A DNA stretch of 64,000 bases from Eledone cirrhosa (Eukaryota), in NCBI GenBank assembly GCA_964016885.1, contig OZ024742.1:15314001-15378000 (forward strand), written 5' to 3'. The notes below the pieces were generated by a model that was given only the letters and a program-made list of their open reading frames with translations, did not search any database and was not told the origin of the DNA. Below, in pieces: positions 21,506 to 36,500 of this stretch. Made by a program: the position numbers and the translations under genes. Each line of letters starts with the position of its first letter. The stretch's first letter is position 1.

Positions 21506-24500
21506 CCACTCTACCAATGTAGGATGTCCACTAGTTCCACTCTACCAATGTAGGATGTCCACTAGTTCCACTCTACCAATGTAGGATGTCCACTAGTTCC
21601 ACTCTACCAATGTAGGATGTCCACTAGTTCCACTCTACCAATGTAGGATGTCCACTAGTTCCACTCAACCAATGTAATATGTCCACTAGTTCCACTCTAC
21701 CAATGTAGGATGTCCACTAGTTCCACTCTACCAATGTAATATGTCCACTAGTTCTACTCTACCAATGTAGGATGTCCACTAGTTCCACTCTACCAATGTA
21801 ATATGTCCACTAGTTCCACTCTACCAATGTAGGATGTCCACTAGTTCCACTCTACCAATGTAGGATGTCCACTAGTTCCACTCTACCAATGTAATATGTC
21901 CACTAGTTCCACTCTACCAATGTAATATGTCCACTAGTTCCACTCTACCAGTGTAGGATATCCACTAGTTCCACTCTACCAATGTAATATGTCCACTAGT
22001 TCCACTCTACCAATGTAATATGTCCACTAGTTCCACTCTACCAATGTAATATGTCCACTAGTTCCACTCTACCAATGTAGGATGTCTACTAGTTCCACTC
22101 TACCAATGTAATATGTCCACTAGTTCCACTCTACCAATGTAATATGTCCACTAGTTCCACTCTACCAATGTAGGATGTCCACTAGTTCCACTCTACCAAT
22201 GTAGGTTGTCCACTAGTTCCACTCAACCAATGTAATATGTCCACTAGTTCCACTCTACCAATGTAGGATGTCCACTAGTTCCACTCTACCAATGTAATAT
22301 GTCCACTAGTTCCACTCTACCAATGTAGGATGTCCACTAGTTCCACTCTACCAATGTAGGATGTCCACTAGTTCCACTCTACCAATGTAGGTTGTCCACT
22401 AGTTCCACTCTATACCAATGTAATATGTCAACTAGTTCCACTCTACCAATGTAGGATGTCCACTAGTTCCACTCTACCAATGTAGGATGTCCACTAGTTC
22501 CACTCTACCAATGTAATATGTCCACTAGTTCCACTCTACGAATGTAATATGTCCACTAGTTCCACTCTACCAATGTAGGATGTCCACTAGTTCCACTCTA
22601 CCAATGTAATATGTCCACTAGTTCCACTCTACCAATGTAATATGTCCACTAGTTCCACTCTACCAATGTAATATGTCCACTAGTTCCACTCTACCAATGT
22701 AGGATGTCCACTAGTTCCACTCTACCAATGTAGGATGTTCACTAGTTCCACTCTACCAATGTAATATGTCCACTAGTTCCACTCTACCAGTGTAGGATAT
22801 CCACTAGTTCCACTCTACCAATGTAATATGTCCACTAGTTCCACTCTACCAATGTAGGATGTCCACTAGTTCCACTCTACCAATGTAATATGTCCACTAG
22901 TTCCACTCTACCAATGTAATATGTCCACTAGTTCCACTCTACCAATGTAATATGTCCACTAGTTCCACTCTACCAATGTAGGATGTCCACTAGTTCCACT
23001 CTACCAATGTAGGATGTTCACTAGTTCCACTCTACCAATGTAATATGTCCACTAGTTCCACTCTACCAGTGTAGGATATCCACTAGTTCCACTCTACCAA
23101 TGTAATATGTCCACTAGTTCCACTCTACCAATGTAATATGTCCACTAGTTCCACTCTACCAATGTAGGATGTCTACTAGTTCCACTCTACCAATGTAATA
23201 TGTCCACTAGTTCCACTCTACCAATGTAATATGTCCACTAGTTCCACTCTACCAATGTAATATGTCCACTAGTTCCACTCTACCAATGTAATATGTCCAC
23301 TAGTTCCACTCTACCAATGTAGGATGTCTACTAGTTCCACTCTACCAATGTAATATGTCCACTAGTTCCACTCTACCAATGTAATATGTCCACTAGTTCC
23401 ACTCTACCAATGTAATATGTCCACTAGTTCCACTCTACCAATGTAGGATGTCCACTAGTTCCACTCTACCAATGTAGGATGTCCACTAGTTCCACTCTAC
23501 CAATGTAGGATGTCCACTAGTTCCACTCTACCAATGTAGGATGTCCACTAGTTCCACTCTACCAATGTAGGATGTCCACTAGTTCCACTCTACCAAGGTA
23601 GGATGTCCACTAGTTCCACTCTACCAAGGTAGGATGTCCACTGGTTCCACTCTACCAATGTAGGATGTCCACTAGTTCCACTCTACCAATGTAATATGTC
23701 CACTAGTTCCACTCTACCAATGTAGGATGTCCACTAGTTCCACTCTACCAATGTAGGATGTCCACTGGTTCCACTCTACCAATGTAGGATGTCCACTAGT
23801 TCCACTCTACCAATGTAATATGTCCACTAGTTCCACTCTACCAATGTAATATGTCCACTAGTTCCACTCTACCAATGTAATATGTCCACTAGTTCCACTC
23901 TACCAATGTAATATGTCCACTAGTTCCACTCTACCAATGTAGGATGTCCACTAGTTCCACTCTACCAATGTAATATGTCCACTAGTTCCACTCTACCAAT
24001 GTAGGATGTCCACTAGTTCCACTCTACCAATGTAGGATGTCCACTAGTTCCACTCTACCAATGTAGGATGTCCACTAGTTCCACTCTACCAAGGCAGGAT
24101 GTCCACTAGTTCCACTCTACCAAGGTAGGATGTCCACTGGTTCCACTCTACCAATGTAGGATGTCCACTAGTTCCACTCTACCAATGTAATATGTCCACT
24201 AGTTCCACTCTACCAATGTAATATGTCCACTAGTTCCACTCTACCAATGTAAGATGTCCACTAGTTCCACTCTACCAATGTAGGATGTCCACTAGTTCCA
24301 CTCTACCAATGTAGGATGTCCACTGGTTCCACTCTACCAATGTAGGATGTCCACTAGTTCCACTCTACCAATGTAATATGTACACTAGTTCCACTATACC
24401 AATGTAGGATGTCTACTAGTTCCACTCTACCAATGTAGGATGTCCACTAGTTCCTCTCTACCAATGTAGGATATCCACTAGTTCCACTCTACCAAGTAGG

Positions 24501-27500
24501 ATGTCCACTAGTTCCACTCCATCAATGTAATATGTGCACTAGTTCCACTCTACCATGTAGGATGTCCACTAGTTCCACTCTACCAATGTAATATGTCCAC
24601 TAGTTCCACTCTACCAATGTAGGATGTCCACTAGTTCCACTCTATCAATGTAGGATGTCCACTAGTTCCACTCTACCAATGTAGGATGTCCACTAGTTCC
24701 ACTCTACCAATGTAGGATGTCCACTAGTTCCACTCTACCAATGTAGGATGGCCACTAGTTCCACTCTACCAATGTAGGATGGCCACTAGTTCCACTCTAC
24801 CAATGTAGGATGTCTACTAGTTCCACTCTACCAATGTAATATGTCCACTAGTTCTACTCTACCAATGTAATATGTCCACTAGTTCCACTCTACCAATGTA
24901 GGATGTCCACTAGTTCCACTCTACCAATGTAATATGTCCACTAGTTCCACTCTACCAATGTAATATGTCCACTAGTTCCACTCTACCAATGTAGGATGTC
25001 CACTAGTTCCACTCTACCAATGTAGGATGTCCACTAGTTCCACTCTACCAATGTAATATGTCCACTAGTTCCACTCTACCAATGTAGGATGTCCACTAGT
25101 TCCACTCTACCAATGTAGGATGTCCACTAGTTCCACTCTATCAATGTAGGATGTCCACTAGTTCCACTCTACCAATGTAGGATGTCCACTAGTTCCACTC
25201 TACCAATGTAGGATGTCCACTAGTTCCACTCTACCAATGTAGGATGTCCACTAGTTCCACTCTACCAATGTAATATGTCCACTAGTTCCACTCTACCAAT
25301 GTAGGATGTCCACTAGTTCCACTCTACCAATGCAATATGTCCACTAGTTCCACTCTACCAATGTAGGATGTCCACTAGTTCCACTCTACCAATGTAATAT
25401 GTCCACTAGTTCCACTCTACCAATGTAATATGTCCACTAGTTCCACTCTACCAACGTAATATATCCACTAGTTCCACTCTACCAATGTAATATGTCCACT
25501 AGTTCCACTCTACCAATGTAGGATGTCCACTAGTTCCACTGTACCAATGTAATATGTCCACTAGTTCCACTCTACCAATGTAGGATATCCACTAGTTCCA
25601 CTCTACCAATGTAATATGTCCACTAGTTCCACTCTACCAATGTAGGATGTCCACTAGTTCCACTCTACCAATGTAATATGTCCACTAGTTCCACTCTACC
25701 AATGTAATATGTCCACTAGTTCCACTCTACCAATGTAATATATCCACTAGTTCCACTCTACCAATGTAGGATGTCCACTAGTTCCACTCTACCAATGTAA
25801 TATGTCCACTATTTCCACTCTACCAATGTAATATGTCCACTAGTTCCACTCTACCAATGTAGGATGTCCACTAGTTCCACTCTACCAATGTAGGATGTCC
25901 ACTAGTTCCACTCAACGATGTAGGATGTCTACTAGTTCCACTCTATCAATTTAGAATTTCCACTAGTTCCACTCTACCAATGTAATATATCCACTAGTTC
26001 CACTCTACCAATGTAGGATGTCCACTAGTTCCACTCTACCAATGTAATATGTCCACTATTTCCACTCTACCAATGTAATATGTCCACTAGTTCCACTCTA
26101 CCAATGTAGGATGTCCACTAGTTCCACTCTACCAATGTAGGATGTCCACTAGTTCCACTCTACCAATGTAGGATGTCCACTAGTTCCACTCTACCAATGT
26201 AGGATGTCCACTAGTTCCACTCTACCAATGTAATATGTCCACTAGTTCCACTCTACCAATGTAATATATCCACTAGTTCCACTCTACCAATGTAGGATGT
26301 CCACTAGTTCCACTCTACCAATGTAATATGTCCACTAGTTCCACTCTACCAATGTAATATGTCCACTAGTTCCACTCTACCAATGTAGGATGTCCACTAG
26401 TTCCACTCTACCAACGTAGGATATCCACTAGTTCCACTCTACCAATGTAGGATGTCCACTAGTTCCACTCTGCCAATGTAATATGTCCACTAGTTCCACT
26501 CTACCAATGTAATATGTCCACTAGTTCCACTCTATCAATGTAGGATGTCCACTAGTTCCACTCTACCAATGTAGGATGTCCACTAGTTCCACTCTACCAA
26601 TGTAATATGTCCACTATTACCACTCTACCAATGTAATATGTCCACTAGTTCCACTCTACCAATGTAGGATGTCCACTAGTTCCACTCTACCAATGTAGGA
26701 TGTCGACTAGTTCCACTCTACCAATGTAGGATGTCCACTAGTTCCACTCAACGATGTAGGATGTCTACTAGTTCCACTCTACCAATGTAATATATCCACT
26801 AGTTCCACTCTACCAATGTAATATATCCACTAGTTCCACTCTACCAATGTAGGATGTCCACTAGTTCCACTCTACCAATGTAATATGTCCACTAGTTCCA
26901 CTCTACCAATGTAATATGTCCACTAGTTCCACTCTACCAATGTAATATGTCCACTAGTTCCACTCTACCAACGTAGGATATCCACTAGTTCCACTCTACC
27001 AATGTAGGATGTCCACTAGTTCTACTCTACCAATGTAATATTTCCACTAGTTCCACTCTACCAATGTAATATGTCCACTAGTTCCACTCTGCCAATGTAA
27101 TATGTCCACTAGTTCCACTCTACCAATGTAATATGTCCACTAGTTCCACTCTATCAATGTAGGATGTCCACTAGTTCCACTCTACCAATGTAATATGTCC
27201 ACTATTTCCACTCTACCAATGTAATATGTCCACTATTTCCACTCTACCAATGTAATATGTCCACTAGTTCCACTCTACCAATGTAGGATGTCCACTAGTT
27301 CCACTCTACCAATGTAATATGTCCACTAGTTCCACTCTACCAACGTAGGATATCCACTAGTTCCACTCTACCAATGTAGGATGTCCACTGGTTCCACTCT
27401 ACCAATGCAATATGTCCACTAGTTCCACTCTACCAATGTAGGATGTCCACTAGTTCCACTCTACCAATGTAATATGTCCACTAGTTCCACTCTACCAACA

Positions 27501-30500
27501 TAGGATATCCACTAGTTCCACTCTACCAATGTAGGATGTCCACTAGTTCCACTCTACCAATGCAATATGTCCACTAGTTCCACTCTACCAATGTAGGATG
27601 TCCACTAGTTCCACTCTACCAATGTAATATGTCCACTAGTTCCACTCTACCAATGTAATATGTCCACTAGTTCCACTCTACCAATGTAGGATGTCCACTA
27701 GTTCCACTCTACCAACGTAGGATAACCACTAGTTCCACTCTACCAATGTAGGATGTCCACTAGTTCCACTCTACCAATGTAATATGTCCACTAGTTCCAC
27801 TCTACCAATGTAATATGTCCACTAGTTCCACTCTGCCAATGTAATATGTCCACTAGTTCCACTCTACCAATGTAATATGTCCTACTAGTTCCACTCTATC
27901 AATGTAGGATGTCCACTAGTTCCACTCTACCAATGTAGGATGTCCACTAGTTCCACTCTACCAATGTAGGATGTCCACTAGTTCCACTCTACCAATGTAG
28001 GATGTCCACTAGTTCCACTCTACCAATGTAATATGTCCACTAGTTCCACTCTACCAATGTAATATGTCCACTAGTTCCACTCTACCAATGTAATATGTCC
28101 ACTAGTTCCACTCTACCAATGTAGGATGTCCACTAGTTCCACTCTACCAATGTAGGATGTCCACTAGTTCCACTCTACCAATGTAGGATGTCCATTAGTT
28201 CCACTCTACCAGTGTAATATGTCCACTAGTTCCACTCTACCAATGTAATATGTCCACTAGTTCCACTCTACCAATGTAATATGTCCACTAGTTCCACTCT
28301 ACCAATGTAGGATGTCCACTAGTTCCACTCTACCAATGTAATATGTCCACTAGTTCCACTCTACCAATGTAATATGTCCACTAGTTCCACTCTACCAGTG
28401 TAATATGTCTACTAGTTCCACTCTACCAATGTAATAAGTCCACTAGTTCCACTCTACCAATGTAGGATGTCCACTAGTTCAACTCTATCAATGTAGGATG
28501 TCCACTAGTTCCACTCTACCAATGTAGGATGTCCACTAGTTCCACTCTACCAATGTAGGATATGCACTAGTTCCACTCTACCAATGTAGGATGTCCACTA
28601 GTTCCACTCTACCAATGTAATATGTCCACTAGTTCCACTCTACCAATGTAGGATGTCCACTAGTTCCACTCTACCAATGTAGGATATCCACTAGTTCCAC
28701 TCTACCAATGTAGGATGTCCACTAGTTCCACTCTACCAATGTAGGATGTCCACTAGTTCCACTCTACCAATGTAGGATGTCCACTAGTTCCACTCTACCA
28801 ATGTAATATGTCCACTACTTCCACTCTACCAATGTAGGATGTCCACTAGTTCCACTCTACCAATGTAGGATGTCCACTAGTTCCACTCTACCAATGTAGG
28901 ATGTCCACTAGTTCCACTCTACCAATGTATGATGTCCTCTAGTTCCACTCCATCAATGTAATATGTCCACTAGTTCCACTCTACCATGTAGGATGTCCAC
29001 TAGTTCCACTCTACCAATGTAATATGTCCACTAGTTCCACTCTACCAATGTAGGATGTCCACTAGTTCCACTCTATCAATGTAGGATGTCCACTAGTTCC
29101 ACTCTACCAATGTAGGATGTCCACTAGTTCAACTCTATCAATGTAGGATGTCCACTAGTTCCACTCTACCAATGTAGGATGTCCACTAGTTCCACTCTAC
29201 CAATGTAGGATATGCACTAGTTCCACTCTACCAATGTAGGATGTCCACTAGTTCCACTCTACCAATGTAATATGTCCACTAGTTCCACTCTACCAATGTA
29301 GGATGTCCACTAGTTCCACTCTACCAATGTAGGATATCCACTAGTTCCACTCTACCAATGTAGGATGTCCACTAGTTCCACTCTACCAATGTAGGATGTC
29401 CACTAGTTCCACTCTACCAATGTAGGATGTCCACTAGTTCCACTCTACCAATGTAATATGTCCACTAGTTCCACTCTACCAATGTAGGATGTCCACTAGT
29501 TCCACTCTACCAATGTAGGATGTCCACTAGTTCCACTCTACCAATGTATGATGTCCTCTAGTTCCACTCCATCAATGTAATATGTCCACTAGTTCCACTC
29601 TACCATGTAGGATGTCCACTAGTTCCACTCTACCAATGTAATATGTCCACTAGTTCCACTCTACCAATGTAGGATGTCCTCTAGTTCCACTCTATCAATG
29701 TAATATGTCCACTAGTTCCACTCTACCATGTAGGATGTCCACTAGTTCCACTCTACCAATGTAATATGTCCACTAGTTCCACTCTACCAATGTAGGATGT
29801 CCACTAGTTCCACTCTACCAATGTAATATGTCCACTAGTTCCACTCTACCAATGTAGGATGTCCACTAGTTCCACTCTACCAATGTAGGATGTCTACTAG
29901 TTCCACTCTACCAATGTAGGATGTCCACTAGTTCCACTCTACCAATGTAGGATGTCCACTAGTTCCACTCTACCAATGTAGGATGTCCACTAGTTCCACT
30001 CTACCAATGTAATATGTCTACTAGTTCCACTCTACCAATGTAATATGTCCACTAGTTCCACTCTACCAATGTAATATGTCCACTAGTTCCACTCTACCAA
30101 TGTAGGATGTCCACTAGTTCCACTCTACCAATGTAGGATGTCCACTAGTTCCACTCTACCAATGTAATATGTCCACTAGTTCCACTCTACCAATGTAGGA
30201 TGTCCACTAGTTCCACTCTACCAATGTAGGATGTCCACTAGTTCCACTCTACCAAGTAGGATGTCCTCTAGTTCCACTCCATCAATGTAATATGTCCACT
30301 AGTTCCACTCTACCATGTAGGATGTCCACTAGTTCCACTCTACCAATGTAATATGTCCACTAGTTCCACTCTACCAATGTAGGATGTCCACTAGTTCCAC
30401 TCTATCAATGTAGGATGTCCACTAGTTCCACTCTACCAATGTAATATGTCCACTAGTTCCACTCTACCAATGTAGGATGTCCACTAGTTCCACTCTACCA

Positions 30501-33500
30501 ATGTAATATGTCCACTAGTTCCACTCTACCAATGTAATATGTCCACTAGTTCCACTCTACCAATGTAGGATGTCCACTAGTTCCACTCTACCAATGTAGG
30601 ATGTCCACTAGTTCCACTCTACCAATGTAATATGTCCACTAGTTCCACTCTACCAATGTAATATGTCCACTAGTTCCACTCTACCAATGTAGGATGTCCA
30701 CTAGTTCCACTCTACCAATGTAGGATGTCCACTAGTTCCACTCTACCAATGTAATATGTCCACTAGTTCCACTCTACCAATGTAGGATGTCCACTAGTTC
30801 CACTCTACCAATGTAGGATGTCCACTAGTTCCACTCTACCAATGGAGGATGTCCACTAGTTCCACTCTACCAATGTAATATGTCCACTAGTTCCACACTA
30901 CCAATGTAGCATGTCCACTAGTTCCACTCTACCAATGTAATATGTCCACTAGTTCCACTCTACCAATGTAGGATGTCCACTAGTTCCACTCTACCAATGT
31001 AGGATGTCCACTAGTTCCACTCTACCAATGTAATATGTCCACTAGTTCCACTCTACCAATGTAGGATGTCCACTAGTTCCACTGTACCAATGTAATATGT
31101 CCACTAGTTCCACTCTACCAATGTAGGATATCCACTAGTTCCACTCTACCAATGTAATATGTCCACTAGTTCCACTCTACCAATGTAGGATATCCACTAG
31201 TTCCACTCTACCAATGTAATATGTCCACTAGTTCCACTCTACCAATGTAGGATGTCCACTAGTTCCACTCTACCAATGTAATATGTCCACTAGTTCCACT
31301 CTACCAATGTAATATGCCCACTAGTTCCACTCTACCAATGTAATATATCCACTAGTTCCACTCTACCAATGTAGGATGTCCACTAGTTCCACTCTACCAA
31401 TGTAATATGTCCACTATTTCCACTCTACCAATGTAATATGTCCACTAGTTCCACTCTACCAATGTAGGATGTCCACTAGTTCCACTCTACCAATGTAGGA
31501 TGTCCACTAGTTCCACTCAACGATGTAGGATGTCTACTAGTTCCACTCTATCAATTTAGGATTTCCACTAGTTCCACTCTACCAATGTAGGATGTCCACT
31601 AGTTCCACTCTACCAATGTAATATGTCCACTATTTCCACTCTACCAATGTAATATGTCCACTAGTTCCACTCTACCAATGTAGGATGTCCACTAGTTCCA
31701 CTCTACCAATGTAGGATGTCCACTAGTTCCACTCTACCAATGTAGGATGTCCACTAGTTCCACTCTACCAATGAAGGATGTCCACTAGTTCCACTCTACC
31801 AATGTAGGATGTCCACTAGTTCCACTCTACCGATGTAATATGTCCACTAGTTCCACTCTACCAATGTAATATGTCCACTAGTTCCACTCTACCAATGTAA
31901 TATATCCACTAGTTCCACTCTACCAATGTAGGATGTCCACTAGTTCCACTCTACCAATGTAATATGTCCACTAGTTCCACTCTACCAATGTAATATGTCC
32001 ACTAGTTCCACTCTACCAATGTAGGATGTCCACTAGTTCCACTCTACCAACGTAGGATATCCACTAGTTCCACTCTACCAATGTAGGATGTCCACTAGTT
32101 CCACTCTACCAATGTAATATGTCCACTAGTTCCACTCTACCAATGTAATATGTCCACTAGTTCCACTCTGCCAATGTAATATGTCCACTAGTTCCACTCT
32201 ACCAATGTAATATGTCCACTAGTTCCACTCTATCAATGTAGGATGTCCACTAGTTCCACTCTACCAATGTAGGATGTGCACTAGTTCCACTCTACCAATG
32301 TAGGATGTCCACTAGTTCCACTCTACCAATGTAGGATGTCCACTAGTTCCACTCTACCAATATAATATGTCCACTAGTTCCACTCTACCAATGTAATATG
32401 TCCACTAGTTCCACTCTACCAATGTAATATGTCCACTAGTTCCACTCTACCAATGTAGGATGTCCACTAGTTCCACTCTACCAATGTAATATGTCCACTA
32501 GTTCCACTCTACCAATGTAGGATGTCCACTAGTTCCACTGTACCAATGTAATATGTCCACTAGTTCCACTCTACCAATGTAGGATATCCACTAGTTCCAC
32601 TCTACCAATGTAATATGTCCACTAGTTCCACTCTACCAATGTAATATATCCACTAGTTCCACTCTACCAATGTAGGATGTCCACTAGTTCCACTCTACCA
32701 ATGTAGGATGTCCACTAGTTCCACTCAACAATGTAGGATGTCTACTAGTTCCACTCTATCAATTTAGGATTTCCACTAGTTCCACTCTACCAATGTAATA
32801 TATCCACTAGTTCCACTCTACCAATGTAGGATGTCCACTAGTTCCACTCTACCAATGTAATATGTCCACTAGTTTCACTCTACCAATGTAATATGTCCAC
32901 TAGTTCCACTCTACCAATGTAGGATGTCCACTAGTTCCACTCTACCAACGTAGGATATCCACTAGCTCCACTCTACCAATGTAGGATGTCCACTAGTTCC
33001 ACTCTACCAATGTAATATTTCCACTAGTTCCACTCTACCAATGTAATGTGTCCACTAGTTCCACTCTGCCAATGTAATATGTCCACTAGTTCCACTCTAC
33101 CAATGTAATATGTCCACTAGTTCCACTCTATCAATGTAGGATGTCCACTAGTTCCACTCTACCAATGTAATATGTCCACTAGTTCCACTCTACCAATGTA
33201 GGATGTCCACTAGTTCCACTCTACCAATGTAATATTTCCACTAGTTCTACTCTACCAATGTAGGATGTCCACTAGTTCCACTCTACCAATGTAATATGTC
33301 CACTAGTTCCACTCTACCAATGTAGGATGTCCACTAGTTCCACTCTACCAATGCAATAATGTCCACTAGTTCCACTCTACCAATGTAGGATGTCCACTAG
33401 TTCCACTCTACCAATGTAATATGTCCACTAGTTCCACTCTACCAATGTAATATGTCCACTAGTTCCACTCTACCAATGTAGGATGTCCACTAGTTCCACT

Positions 33501-36500
33501 CTACCAACGTAGGATATCCACTAGTTCCACTCTACCAATGTAGGATGTCCACTAGTTCCACTCTACCAATGTAATATGTCCACTAGTTCCACTCTACCAA
33601 TGTAATATGTCCACTAGTTCCACTCTGCCAATGTAATATGTCCACTAGTTCCACTCTACCAATGTAATATGTCCACTAGTTCCACTCTACCAATGTAGGA
33701 TGTCCACTAGTTCCACTCTACCAATGTAGGATGTCCACTAGTTCCACTCTACCAATGTAGGATGTCCACTAGTTCCACTCTACCAATGTAATATGTCTAC
33801 TAGTTCCACTCTACCAATGTAATATGTCCACTAGTTCCACTCTACCAATGTAATATGTCCACTAGTTCCACTCTACCAATGTAGGATGTCCACTAGTTCC
33901 ACTCTACCAATGTAGGATGTCCACTAGTTCCACTCTACCAATGTAATATGTCCACTAGTTCCACTCTACCAATGTAGGATGTCCACTAGTTCCACTCTAC
34001 CAATGTAGGATGTCCACTAGTTCCACTCTACCAAGTAGGATGTCCTCTAGTTCCACTCCATCAATGTAATATGTCCACTAGTTCCACTCTACCATGTAGG
34101 ATGTCCACTAGTTCCACTCTACCAATGTAATATGTCCACTAGTTCCACTCTACCAATGTAGGATGTCCACTAGTTCCACTCTATCAATGTAGGATGTCCA
34201 CTAGTTCCACTCTACCAATGTAATATGTCCACTAGTTCCACTCTACCAATGTAGGATGTCCACTAGTTCCACTCTACCAATGTAATATGTCCACTAGTTC
34301 CACTCTACCAATGTAATATGTCCACTAGTTCCACTCTACCAATGTAGGATGTCCACTAGTTCCACTCTACCAATGTAGGATGTCCACTAGTTCCACTCTA
34401 CCAATGTAATATGTCCACTAGTTCCACTCTACCAATGTAATATGTCCACTAGTTCCACTCTACCAATGTAGGATGTCCACTAGTTCCACTCTACCAATGT
34501 AGGATGTCCACTAGTTCCACTCTACCAATGTAATATGTCCACTAGTTCCACTCTACCAATGTAGGATGTCCACTAGTTCCACTCTACCAATGTAGGATGT
34601 CCACTAGTTCCACTCTACCAATGGAGGATGTCCACTAGTTCCACTCTACCAATGTAATATGTCCACTAGTTCCACACTACCAATGTAGCATGTCCACTAG
34701 TTCCACTCTACCAATGTAATATGTCCACTAGTTCCACTCTACCAATGTAGGATGTCCACTAGTTCCACTCTACCAATGTAGGATGTCCACTAGTTCCACT
34801 CTACCAATGTAATATGTCCACTAGTTCCACTCTACCAATGTAGGATGTCCACTAGTTCCACTGTACCAATGTAATATGTCCACTAGTTCCACTCTACCAA
34901 TGTAGGATATCCACTAGTTCCACTCTACCAATGTAATATGTCCACTAGTTCCACTCTACCAATGTAGGATATCCACTAGTTCCACTCTACCAATGTAATA
35001 TGTCCACTAGTTCCACTCTACCAATATAGGATGTCCACTAGTTCCACTCTACCAATGTAATATGTCCACTAGTTCCACTCTACCAATGTAATATGCCCAC
35101 TAGTTCCACTCTACCAATGTAATATATCCACTAGTTCCACTCTACCAATGTAGGATGTCCACTAGTTCCACTCTACCAATGTAATATGTCCACTATTTCC
35201 ACTCTACCAATGTAATATGTCCACTAGTTCCACTCTACCAATGTAGGATGTCCACTAGTTCCACTCTACCAATGTAGGATGTCCACTAGTTCCACTCAAC
35301 GATGTAGGATGTCTACTAGTTCCACTCTATCAATTTAGGATTTCCACTAGTTCCACTCTACCAATGTAGGATGTCCACTAGTTCCACTCTACCAATGTAA
35401 TATGTCCACTATTTCCACTCTACCAATGTAATATGTCCACTAGTTCCACTCTACCAATGTAGGATGTCCACTAGTTCCACTCTACCAATGTAGGATGTCC
35501 ACTAGTTCCACTCTACCAATGTAGGATGTCCACTAGTTCCACTCTACCAATGAAGGATGTCCACTAGTTCCACTCTACCAATGTAGGATGTCCACTAGTT
35601 CCACTCTACCGATGTAATATGTCCACTAGTTCCACTCTACCAATGTAATATGTCCACTAGTTCCACTCTACCAATGTAATATATCCACTAGTTCCACTCT
35701 ACCAATGTAGGATGTCCACTAGTTCCACTCTACCAATGTAATATGTCCACTAGTTCCACTCTACCAATGTAATATGTCCACTAGTTCCACTCTACCAATG
35801 TAGGATGTCCACTAGTTCCACTCTACCAACGTAGGATATCCACTAGTTCCACTCTACCAATGTAGGATGTCCACTAGTTCCACTCTACCAATGTAATATG
35901 TCCACTAGTTCCACTCTACCAATGTAATATGTCCACTAGTTCTACTCTGCCAATGTAATATGTCCACTAGTTCCACTCTACCAATGTAATATGTCCACTA
36001 GTTCCACTCTATCAATGTAGGATGTCCACTAGTTCCACTCTACCAATGTAGGATGTGCACTAGTTCCACTCTACCAATGTAGGATGTCCACTAGTTCCAC
36101 TCTACCAATGTAGGATGTCCACTAGTTCCACTCTACCAATATAATATGTCCACTAGTTCCACTCTACCAATGTAATATGTCCACTAGTTCCACTCTACCA
36201 ATGTAATATGTCCACTAGTTCCACTCTACCAATGTAGGATGTCCACTAGTTCCACTCTACCAATGTAATATGTCCACTAGTTCCACTCTACCAATGTAGG
36301 ATGTCCACTAGTTCCACTGTACCAATGTAATATGTCCACTAGTTCCACTCTACCAATGTAGGATATCCACTAGTTCCACTCTACCAATGTAATATGTCCA
36401 CTAGTTCCACTCTACCAATGTAATATATCCACTAGTTCCACTCTACCAATGTAGGATGTCCACTAGTTCCACTCTACCAATGTAGGATGTCCACTAGTTC

